DNA of 42,199 bases, taken from a virus. The stretch lies in the IMG/VR virus record IMGVR_UViG_3300045988_008931, positions 1 to 42,199 of that record; one strand, written 5' to 3'. The notes under the pieces were generated by a model. The model saw nothing but the letters and a program-made list of their open reading frames with translations, was not told where the DNA came from and did no database searches. Shown one piece after another: positions 18,419 through 25,611 of the stretch (positions are counted from its first letter, which is position 1; each line of letters opens with the position of its first letter). A program made the position numbers and the translations under genes.

Positions 18419-18574
18419 TCAACTACGTTTAAAATTGTTTGTGTCCGCATTGTAATCCTTTAGGATACATTCTAGAGCCTTTACCTCATCATCTGCCAGC
18501 CAGATGTCTCTGTCGCCAACTGACAGATGATGAAGCCCACACTCACGGACAAGTTTTATATCAACTCTGTTCAT
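18419..18574 (-). CDS. 51-aa mini-protein, tandem paralogue (not in ORF track)
   Basis: MNRVDIKLVRECGLHHLSVGDRDIWLADDEVKALECILKDYNADTNNFKRS. Its stop is 2 nt before the next ATG. Confidence 0.45.
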   Translation of the reverse strand: MNRVDIKLVRECGLHHLSVGDRDIWLADDEVKALECILKDYNADTNNFKRS

Positions 18575-18595
18575 AGCCAATACGGTTTATGATAA

Positions 18596-19078
18596 CTATT
18601 TAAAAAGTTCCTGCTGCGGATGAATGATGTCTGCCCGCTTCTTCTTAGCCGCCCAGAGAAGGAGGTTGGTGTTCTTGGTTCCAGCATTCTTCTCGAGGTC
18701 TCTGATGATGCAGGTCAGAGCATCTTGAACCGCTTCTTTCTCATTACCGTAGAAGATGCTGAGAGCGTCATATCTACTCGGGTAGCCTGCCGGGCTGTCG
18801 TACCCGTGCTTTCCCTTCTGAATGCTGTAGCCCCATATCCAGCCGAACTGGGTGTTGGCGGTCATTACCTTCCATCCCCAGTTGTCTGCACCCTCTACGG
18901 CATACTCGATTACGTGCGGATTGATGCAAATATCCTTGATGTTGTACTTGAAGCCTTCATGCTCTGCGACCGGCTTCTTGATGTCGTAGCCGTTATCGGT
19001 CAGCCACTTTAACCAATCATTCGATGTCTTGAATACGAGCCCTGCGGCTCTGCATTCGTGGAAAAATAATTCATTCAT
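18596..19078 (-). CDS. Hypothetical protein
   Basis: 160-aa Trp/Gly-rich ORF, closely packed with its neighbours. Confidence 0.45.
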   Translation of the reverse strand: MNELFFHECRAAGLVFKTSNDWLKWLTDNGYDIKKPVAEHEGFKYNIKDICINPHVIEYAVEGADNWGWKVMTANTQFGWIWGYSIQKGKHGYDSPAGYPSRYDALSIFYGNEKEAVQDALTCIIRDLEKNAGTKNTNLLLWAAKKKRADIIHPQQELFK

Positions 19079-19080
19079 GG

Positions 19081-19389
19081 CTATTCCCCCGATTTTTGAT
19101 TATCAGTAATTAACTTGCGTAATCTAGATATAACCTTACTTGCGTTCTTATCATGCACCCCTTCGTAAAGTCCAAGATGCATCATAATGATGTTTAACGC
19201 AGGGTCATCTATTTCAACAGCCCTTTCTGCAAGTATTCCAAGCACACGTGCCAAAATCGTAAAAGTCACAGGATAAGGAGTGCTTTTCGAACACTCTGCT
19301 ATCTCTTTCAATAGCCTTGGCATATCAACCTTGAACACCATGTCGTTCATAACATAGTCCTGAACTTTCTTACTTTTGATTTTCTTCAT
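19081..19389 (-). CDS. Hypothetical protein
   Basis: 102-aa ORF, 2-nt gaps to its neighbours. Confidence 0.45.
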   Translation of the reverse strand: MKKIKSKKVQDYVMNDMVFKVDMPRLLKEIAECSKSTPYPVTFTILARVLGILAERAVEIDDPALNIIMMHLGLYEGVHDKNASKVISRLRKLITDNQKSGE

Positions 19390-19391
19390 AT

Positions 19392-19694
19392 CTATCCCTC
19401 CTTGATGTACTCGGCAAGTGCTTCACGCTGCCCAGATGTCAGTGCGTCTGCGATGCGCTCGGCAATCTCTTTTTGGTCTGAACTGCTCATTCTATCGAAT
19501 GTGTCGGTAATGATGTCGGCAGCAGTATCGTCTTCGAGATACCACATATTATCCTTTACCACATCCGCTCTTTCTTCTTCCCCTGGTAAGTTCCTGAACA
19601 TGTCGACCAAGAACTCCACCTGGTCTTTATCCGACAAATTGTCAAACATATCCTCTAAGTCGATGTCAATGCTCTGATTATTGTATTCTGCCAT
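19392..19694 (-). CDS. Strongly acidic 100-aa protein (DNA-mimic / anti-restriction candidate)
   Basis: By my count about 29 Asp+Glu versus about 9 Lys+Arg. Early-region position. Confidence 0.5.
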   Translation of the reverse strand: MAEYNNQSIDIDLEDMFDNLSDKDQVEFLVDMFRNLPGEEERADVVKDNMWYLEDDTAADIITDTFDRMSSSDQKEIAERIADALTSGQREALAEYIKEG

Positions 19695-19790
19695 AATTCT
19701 TTTGTTTTAAGTGTTTAAATTCTGTTTGATGTATAATTTACCGTCCGAAGCGTGAAAACGTCCCAGAGCGGCTGATTTTGCCCTCATTTA

Positions 19791-20858
19791 TTATTTTTCG
19801 GGCTTCCAGTCGATGCCCAGCCGCTGCAGAACTCCCTTCTCGTAGTATCTTGTCAGCGAATCCTTGGCAGGCTTGTTGTTCGGGTTCTTCTTCAAGTCTT
19901 CAAGGTTCTGCTGGATTACCCACCGGAACTTGCTGTCTTGACTCTGCTGGCTCGCTGGCTGCTGGTGCTTGGCTTGCTCGTAGAGTTCCCCGATGCTCGG
20001 TCTTGCCGTTGCCGCTGGATCCTGCGCCTTGGCTGCTGCCGATTGCGGCTGCTGGCTTGCTGCTGGCTTGGTGTTGTCGTAGTTGCCCTCCAGCACCTTC
20101 GGGAAATACTTCCTTGTCATTACCCAGTCGTATGATGCCCAGGAATGCCCTGCGTTCAGATAGTCGCTAGCCATAGCCTTGTCGATGGCTAGGTAAATCT
20201 TGGAAATATCTCCCTTGCAGTCCTTGAGCCTTCCTCTGATTGCCTCCTTGCGGTTGTCCGTCATCAGCGTCAGCCTTCGCATTGCGCTGTTGGTCTTGTC
20301 GTGCTGCTCGTTCCAGTAGTCCTTGATGGCTGCGTAGTCGATTTCGCCTTTCTTGGATTTCTTCTTCTCAGAACTTTTTTGCGGTTCTTCTGCAGCGCAA
20401 ACGTTTTTCTCGGAAAAACTTTGCATAGAAGCTTCTTTAGAAGGTTCTAATATATTTGTTTCTTTAGAAACATCACTATCACTAACACTATCACTATCAC
20501 TATCACTATCACTATCACTATCACTTAGGTATCGTGTCGTATCGTTTGGTATACGTCCGTATACGTTCGTATCGTTTGGTATACGTCCGTTTTCTTTGGT
20601 ATCATTCGTATTCGGTTTATTCCATCGTTTACGAATGTTCTCACGATTACGTTCGCATTTCTTTTGGTACTTCTGCTGGTTTCTGTCAATCTTATCTTTG
20701 ATAAAGACGAAAGCCATACGCACGACTGGTTCCAGATTGATAACCTCGCCATCCCTTGCGTATATGAAGAGTGCCCGGGTCAGTTGCCCGAGTTGCTCGT
20801 CCGTCAGCCCCTCGATTAATTGATAGTCTGATGTGTATAAGATAAATGAATCACTCAT
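19791..20858 (-). CDS. Replication initiation/organiser protein (phage DnaD-like C-terminal domain)
   Basis: N-terminus FILYTSDYQLIEGLTDEQLGQLTRALFIYARDGE...YQKKCERNRENIRKRWN. C-terminus IKDYWNEQ...RKEAIRGRLKD...YLAIDKAM...WASYDWVM resembles the conserved phage replication C-terminus. Contains internal iterons. Confidence 0.6.
   Translation of the reverse strand: MSDSFILYTSDYQLIEGLTDEQLGQLTRALFIYARDGEVINLEPVVRMAFVFIKDKIDRNQQKYQKKCERNRENIRKRWNKPNTNDTKENGRIPNDTNVYGRIPNDTTRYLSDSDSDSDSDSDSVSDSDVSKETNILEPSKEASMQSFSEKNVCAAEEPQKSSEKKKSKKGEIDYAAIKDYWNEQHDKTNSAMRRLTLMTDNRKEAIRGRLKDCKGDISKIYLAIDKAMASDYLNAGHSWASYDWVMTRKYFPKVLEGNYDNTKPAASQQPQSAAAKAQDPAATARPSIGELYEQAKHQQPASQQSQDSKFRWVIQQNLEDLKKNPNNKPAKDSLTRYYEKGVLQRLGIDWKPEK
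20472..20525. repeat. Hexanucleotide microsatellite (ATCACT)x9, one variant unit; encodes (SD)n
   Basis: atcactatcactaacactatcact... Translated on the minus strand it gives SDSDSDSDSDSDSVSDSD. Confidence 0.9.
20527..20620. repeat. 10-bp-phased iteron-like repeats (SGTATNCGTN x ~8), including two 24-bp units 30 bp apart
   Basis: ggtatcgtgt cgtatcgttt ggtatacgtc cgtatacgtt cgtatcgttt ggtatacgtc. tcgtatcgtttggtatacgtccgt occurs at 20537-20560 and 20567-20590. Confidence 0.8.
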
Positions 20859-21052
20859 GATGTTTTATTCTGATAATGATAGTTTCTTTTCCAGCTTCCG
20901 TTTGAGCACGGTAGCCATACGGATTTTGTTCCGCTGGCTTGTGTCGGTCGGTGCTGTCACTTCCCCACCTAGGGAAATTTAATTCTCCAGTTGAGAAATT
21001 ATATTCCTTAGGTCGGTTTTTGATATAGGAACGCTAGCCATAAGCCCTGTCT

Positions 21053-21994
21053 TTACTTAATGAGCAATCTTCTTGCTCCCTGCACCTGCTTGATGTAGGC
21101 AGCGCATTCCTCGGGATGGTCTGTCTGAAAAGCCTTGGCATCGAACTTCTCGCTTGCCTTCGGTGCTTTCCACGTTGCCAGCGTCTTGCCGTTTCCGTCA
21201 ACGATGCTTTCAGCGTCCCCGAAGAACAGCTTCAAGTTGTCCTCAATCTCCTTCTGTCGGTTCTCCAGTGCCTTGCCCTTCTCCCTGATTTCCTTCAACT
21301 CGATGAGCATGTCTCCGATTTCTGCTGTGGCTTCAATCTCCTTTCCTACCTTGTGCAGTGGTGACTTCAAAAGAACGTCTTGTGCGCTGTATGCAGGCGG
21401 CTCTTGGTTGCCCACGATGTAGTCAAGCCAGAACTTGGTTATCTCGTCCCTCATCCAGCCATAAAACTCTGGATCGAAGTCGATGTCACGGTAGCCGAAC
21501 TCCCTGCCTGCTGTCAGCCAGGCAAGTGCTCCGTCCTTGTATTCGCCCACTCCGAGGTTCATTTGCAGCTGGCAGAACCAATGTTTCGGCAGGTCGTCTG
21601 CGTCTATCTGCATCTGCGTGGTCTTGCATTCGAGGATAGACTTCTCTGCTTCATTGTGCTTTGCCCCGGTTCTCCAGAAGGTGCGGTCTGGACTTACTCT
21701 CAGATACGGAGTATCGGTGTTCGTGATGGTGTAGTCGTCCGTGCTCGCCTTGATGATGTGGCAGTGGCTCTCCCGCTTAAAGAACTGCGCCACGGCATCC
21801 TCCAGCAGGTGTCCTGCAACCATCGCAAAGTTCTCAACCTTTGGTGGGTCGATACCCTTCTTGCGTCTCCACAACTGGTATGGTGTTTCCCATGGATTCA
21901 GTCCCAGTACTGTGCCTGCCTCTGATGCGCCTATTCCCTTCGAGCGGTTCTGCAACCACTCCTCTCTGCTTTTATATTTAATTATCTGCTTCAT
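21053..21994 (-). CDS. YqaJ/lambda-exonuclease-type recombination exonuclease
   Basis: GIGASEAGTVLGLNPWETPYQLWRRKKG, plus the PD-(D/E)XK elements RVSPDR...ILECKT. Confidence 0.85.
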   Translation of the reverse strand: MKQIIKYKSREEWLQNRSKGIGASEAGTVLGLNPWETPYQLWRRKKGIDPPKVENFAMVAGHLLEDAVAQFFKRESHCHIIKASTDDYTITNTDTPYLRVSPDRTFWRTGAKHNEAEKSILECKTTQMQIDADDLPKHWFCQLQMNLGVGEYKDGALAWLTAGREFGYRDIDFDPEFYGWMRDEITKFWLDYIVGNQEPPAYSAQDVLLKSPLHKVGKEIEATAEIGDMLIELKEIREKGKALENRQKEIEDNLKLFFGDAESIVDGNGKTLATWKAPKASEKFDAKAFQTDHPEECAAYIKQVQGARRLLIK

Positions 21995-22307
21995 TGTCTT
22001 TTATTTTTATGTTTGCGGTATAATACATTTTCGCTGCTCCAATGATAAGCTGACGAACGAATTCATCCCTCTTCATTGAATGCACAAGTCCACTTGCGAG
22101 GATATCGGCTTTTCCGGAATAGGCAATATGGAAATCGAAACCTTTGTTTCCGTTTTCGTCTGTGTCTCCAGTCGTCTCTGCTGCAACCTGCAGATAGTTT
22201 CTTTCTTCCTCGTCTTCCTCTGCCCATGCCTTGTAAGCGTCTGCGGTTCTACTGAAGTACTTGTCGATGGTACTCTTGTGTCTCTGATTGTTTTCTTTTT
22301 CTGCCAT
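21978..22307 (-). CDS. Hypothetical acidic protein
   Basis: ATG at 22307 (MAEKENNQRH...). Overlaps the exonuclease start by 17 nt. Confidence 0.45.
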   Translation of the reverse strand: MAEKENNQRHKSTIDKYFSRTADAYKAWAEEDEEERNYLQVAAETTGDTDENGNKGFDFHIAYSGKADILASGLVHSMKRDEFVRQLIIGAAKMYYTANIKIKDNEADN

Positions 22308-22426
22308 AATTTTTACTGAATGTTTAAAAGTTGCCACGGCTTCCCTTGGTAGGTTGTGATGGGAGCCCACCCAATAGGTTGTGCCGTGGCGGTTCGGGCT
22401 TAACGTTATAACTTTATAAACTAAAA

Positions 22427-23287
22427 CTATTTCTTCGCTGCTGTGCCAGTCTTGCCTTGGCTGCGGTTCATAGCCTTCTGCGCCTTATTCTTGGCATCAT
22501 CGGCTGCTGCCTGCGCCTGCTGTGCGATGGTTTCCTGCTGCTTTGGCTTCTTGAAGGTCTCCTCTACGGTGGTCGTGCCTTCCTTGATGGCGTTGTATAC
22601 ACCAGCCAGCTTCTGAATGTCCTCTGCTGTGACTTCCTCGGCTGATTTCTTGCCCAGGTAGTCAAGAAGCATAAGGTCTGTTACCTGATAGGCTTGGAAG
22701 CAGGCTACACAGCTCTTCCACTGGCTCTTGACGCCAGTCTGCTTTATGTGCTCGAGTGCCTTCGCCTGCACTTCCTTCACAACGCTTGCAATCAATACCT
22801 GCGGTACGACCTTGCAGATTGCGTTACGCTGGGCAATCGCCACGGCTGCATTGCCAACTACCACCTGCATGTCCTGCGAGAAGGTGTAGCCCTTCGATGT
22901 CAGAATGCTGCGCTTCACTTCAACGGAGTAGGCAACGTTGCTCTCAAGGTCGTGGCAAACACCCTGCGCTGTAATGGTCTTGCCATCGTTTGCGATGATG
23001 CGACCCGCGATGCGCAGGTTCTTCCAACATGCAGAAATAATTTCTGTAAATCTCACGCTAGGACCCTCAATAACCGATACCTGACCATCCTTGCCCTTGC
23101 GCTCTAGGTGATAGAAGCAATTGTATGCAACATCATCGTCCATCGCTGCCAGTGCTACCATGTTCTGCTTGCATTGCATGATGTCTCTCGGGAACTTGTG
23201 CGCTGTGGCAATCTGTCCGTCAATCTCCGAGCGGTTGATAGCTTCCAGCATTTCGCCACCGCTCACATTGATAATTTCATTTTCCAT
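22427..23287 (-). CDS. Single-strand annealing recombinase candidate (partner of the exonuclease)
   Basis: 286 aa immediately upstream of the exonuclease module. The GPSVRFTEIISACWKNL segment and Lys/Ala-rich tail suggest this. The assignment is mainly by synteny. Confidence 0.5.
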   Translation of the reverse strand: MENEIINVSGGEMLEAINRSEIDGQIATAHKFPRDIMQCKQNMVALAAMDDDVAYNCFYHLERKGKDGQVSVIEGPSVRFTEIISACWKNLRIAGRIIANDGKTITAQGVCHDLESNVAYSVEVKRSILTSKGYTFSQDMQVVVGNAAVAIAQRNAICKVVPQVLIASVVKEVQAKALEHIKQTGVKSQWKSCVACFQAYQVTDLMLLDYLGKKSAEEVTAEDIQKLAGVYNAIKEGTTTVEETFKKPKQQETIAQQAQAAADDAKNKAQKAMNRSQGKTGTAAKK

Positions 23288-23331
23288 AATTCGTTCTTTT
23301 TATTGTTCGACTTATTGTTCATTAACTCTAG

Positions 23332-23365
23332 TGGAAGGCTGGGGATTCGAACCCCAGTTGATTGC
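23332..23365 (-). other. tRNA 3-prime-end fragment (T-arm + acceptor 3-prime strand + discriminator) without a tRNA body; candidate attP core
   Basis: Minus strand reads ...CAAC-TGGGG-TTCGAAT-CCCCA-GCCTTCC-A. No D arm or anticodon arm can be drawn upstream. Confidence 0.5.
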
Positions 23366-23543
23366 TACCCCACCCTTGCCTGCTGCTGGCGGATGCCCTT
23401 CCGTTGCAGGGCGCACGCTCGGTTTCCGCATATTATTGCATGGTAAAAACAACTAATTTTAGATAACCTTGAAAAATGAGTTTTGCGTGCGCCCTTTGCC
23501 CTGCCGCTGCAGGGAGCCATATAATAATTGTTTAACATCGTAG

Positions 23544-23885
23544 TCAAACCAGTTGAGCCATAAGGCTGTCGAGCCTACTTTCCTCGAAAGCGTCCATCGG
23601 GTCCTGGTCTGCGTATTGGCTGTTCTCCTCCAGCCAGTCGTCCATCACGTCCTGATAGTTAACGCAACCCTCGATAGCTTCCTCCAGCCGCTCGCTGTCG
23701 TTGTTGTTATTCTTGTGCGTCACGACCGCTGTGTTCCCGGTTCTGTCGCACCAGACTGAAATGTCGCCTGCCTTTGTCTTGATGTCTACCCTTGCGACCG
23801 CTGGTCGCTGTGGATCACGGTCTAACTCCAGCCAGATGGCATCGTACATTGCCTCTTCGCATTGTTTGATAATTCTTGGTTTCAT
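23544..23885 (-). CDS. Hypothetical protein
   Basis: ATG at 23885 (MKPRIIKQCEE...). The track starts at TTG 23912. Confidence 0.45.
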   Translation of the reverse strand: MKPRIIKQCEEAMYDAIWLELDRDPQRPAVARVDIKTKAGDISVWCDRTGNTAVVTHKNNNNDSERLEEAIEGCVNYQDVMDDWLEENSQYADQDPMDAFEESRLDSLMAQLV

Positions 23886-23959
23886 AATGCTAAATATTTC
23901 TTTTAATAACAAAGACGTTCTACCTTATATACTTTCTTGCTAAGTAGTCTTCTCATACT

Positions 23960-24406
23960 CTACTTGAATTTAATGATGAAAAACTCAGTATCAAGCCATT
24001 TGTCGGGGCATAAGCCTTTCCTAGGCTTGCCGATGGTGATACTCTCAATCTCCTTTTCGATACGTGGACTATCCTTGCGGTAGCCGTTGATAAAGAGGAC
24101 GTGGGTAAACGGAATAGTTTTATAGTATGGGCTATTAAAACAATACTTAGCCATTTCGGGACTTATGCTATCCCATTTCTCGGACAAATCCTTGTCTAGT
24201 TTACTGAATGGCTCTTCAAGTTCTGAGCGAACTAAAAGAAGTCGTTTTGCCCAATAACCTTTAATAATACGATACTCTTCCTTCTTTTCGCCCGATACTA
24301 CCATGTCGAACCATTGCTTGTCAATGGTGAGGGTCAGAACATTCTTCTTCCAATCAGCGACAGCTTCCTTCAAATACTTATCCATTACCTTTATCAACCT
24401 TTCCAT
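23960..24406 (-). CDS. ASCH-domain-like protein
   Basis: LTIDKQWFDMVVSGEKKEEYRIIKGYWAKRL resembles the ASCH/PUA-like N-terminal signature. Confidence 0.5.
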   Translation of the reverse strand: MERLIKVMDKYLKEAVADWKKNVLTLTIDKQWFDMVVSGEKKEEYRIIKGYWAKRLLLVRSELEEPFSKLDKDLSEKWDSISPEMAKYCFNSPYYKTIPFTHVLFINGYRKDSPRIEKEIESITIGKPRKGLCPDKWLDTEFFIIKFK

Positions 24407-24439
24407 CTTCTTTATGATTTACTTTCTCGTAGGCATTCA

Positions 24440-24637
24440 TCATAGGGCAATCCTCCAGACTTTTTTAATCTCGCTGCCCTCGAAAACCTTGCGGTTGTCG
24501 ATTCTGCGGAACTTGACCTTAATCTTACCAGCCTGCAACCATCTGCGCAGGGTGTTGCGATGGATGCCAAGCACCTTGCAGGTCTCTGTCATGGTGTATC
24601 TGCCTGCATCCGCTACATTTGGTTCTACGTTCGTCAT
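24440..24637 (-). CDS. Excisionase-type (MerR-like) HTH protein
   Basis: 65 aa, YTMTETCKVLGIHRNTLRRWLQAGKIKVKF. Confidence 0.65.
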   Translation of the reverse strand: MTNVEPNVADAGRYTMTETCKVLGIHRNTLRRWLQAGKIKVKFRRIDNRKVFEGSEIKKVWRIAL

Positions 24638-24638
24638 A

Positions 24639-24731
24639 TTAAGCCCTCCAAAAGATTAATGTTACTAACATGGTGACAATTACCAGGGATAATACTTCGT
24701 CACTTGTGATAATCTCGATAAACTTCTTCAT
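24639..24731 (-). CDS. 30-aa single-pass membrane peptide (not in ORF track)
   Basis: MKKFIEIITSDEVLSLVIVTMLVTLIFWRA. Its stop TAA is followed directly by the next ATG (TAATATG). Confidence 0.35.
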   Translation of the reverse strand: MKKFIEIITSDEVLSLVIVTMLVTLIFWRA

Positions 24732-24763
24732 ACGCTCTGAATGTTTAAATTGGTTCTACTTGA

Positions 24764-25006
24764 TTATTTGCGCACGGCTGCACGTCTCTTCTTTGGTGTT
24801 ATCAATCCAGCCTTGATGAGGATAACACGCACGTTCTGCTGGGTGCAACCAACACGCTGTGAAACTGCGAGCATTATTCTGCTGTCTGAGGTCTCGGCAG
24901 GTGCCTTTGCTCGGAAATCTGCAAACATCGCTATGATGTTCTTCTTTCTTTCGTCCTGCTGCTTCTGCAGTGGGGTTCGAAAATCATAATTAAAATTTTC
25001 TCCCAT
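24764..25006 (-). CDS. Cro-like early regulator (HTH)
   Basis: First gene of the leftward operon, divergent from the repressor. VSQRVGCTQQNVRVILIKAG. Confidence 0.55.
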   Translation of the reverse strand: MGENFNYDFRTPLQKQQDERKKNIIAMFADFRAKAPAETSDSRIMLAVSQRVGCTQQNVRVILIKAGLITPKKRRAAVRK

Positions 25007-25033
25007 TTTCTTTGTATTTTAAATTATTTTGTT

Positions 25034-25041
25034 TATCTTTG
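25034..25041 (+). promoter_or_regulatory. -7 box TATCTTTG (rightward, repressor side)
   Basis: gttTATCTTTGcc, embedded in the palindrome CTTTGCCAAAG. Confidence 0.5.
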
Positions 25042-25077
25042 CCAAAGAGTTTTTAAACTCATTGTGTAATTCGGTTG

Positions 25078-25085
25078 CAAAGATA
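25078..25085 (-). promoter_or_regulatory. -7 box TATCTTTG (leftward, lytic side)
   Basis: Plus strand ttgcaaagatag, 72 nt upstream of ATG 25006, flanked by AGTTTAA repeats. Confidence 0.55.
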
Positions 25086-25190
25086 GTTTAATTCAGTTTA
25101 ATATGCAAGTAAAACACAATAAAACTGCATTATTTTAACTTGTTTTAATTCTATTGTAAACTATTTTACATTATTTTAAATTAGTTCGAT

Positions 25191-25583
25191 ATGAATACAA
25201 ATGAAGAAGTAATAAACAGAATTACAGAAATTAGAAAGAAGAATGGGCTATCCATCAACAAGTTGGCGGATAAATGTGGAGTAAATTCCGCAAACCTTTC
25301 GAGGTCTTTAGCAGGCAAAGCTTCATTGTCCGACCGTGTAATTTACAAAATCGCCAATGCCCTGCACGTCTCGGTTGACTGGCTGGAAAATGGTATTGAA
25401 CCAATGTTCTCCCCTACGGTCGCCAGTACTGCCGATGTCGGTGCAGGTATTACTGGTTCAAACGTCTCCCAGTCGCTTGGTAGTGATGCAGCCTTGACTG
25501 CTGAGAATAAACTGCTGCGAGAACAGAATGAGTTCTTGCAAAGTCAAGTAAAAACCCTGCTTGCCATTGTCGGGCAAAAATAA
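25191..25583 (+). CDS. cI-like XRE-family repressor without a peptidase domain
   Basis: HTH LSINKLADKCGVNSANLSRSLAGK. C-terminal zipper-like LLREQNEFLQSQVKTLL. Only 130 aa. Confidence 0.75.
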   Translation: MNTNEEVINRITEIRKKNGLSINKLADKCGVNSANLSRSLAGKASLSDRVIYKIANALHVSVDWLENGIEPMFSPTVASTADVGAGITGSNVSQSLGSDAALTAENKLLREQNEFLQSQVKTLLAIVGQK

Positions 25584-25611
25584 TTTAGTAACTTTGCAAA
25601 ATGAAAAAAAT

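Noticed and set aside
20472-20620. A CRISPR-like array (also considered for 31376-31423).
   Set aside because: The units are contiguous, with no spacers, only 6-30 bp long, and one set lies inside a coding frame. These are a microsatellite and iterons, not repeat-spacer arrays. No cas genes are present.
20859-21052. Small ORFs in the 194-bp gap: MASVPISKTDLRNIISQLEN, then in frame after a TAA, ISLGG...MATVLKRKLEKKLSLSE.
   Set aside because: The pieces are only 17-20 codons long with no supporting signal. This is insufficient evidence for coding or read-through.
23331-23430. An intact tRNA gene on the minus strand, suggested by the GGTTCGAATCC T-loop.
   Set aside because: Only the T-arm and acceptor 3-prime strand are present. 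The best 71-nt candidate has a G-G mismatch at pair 7-66, no 4-bp D stem and no 5-bp anticodon stem in any register I tried. I treat it as a tRNA fragment (attP candidate) instead.
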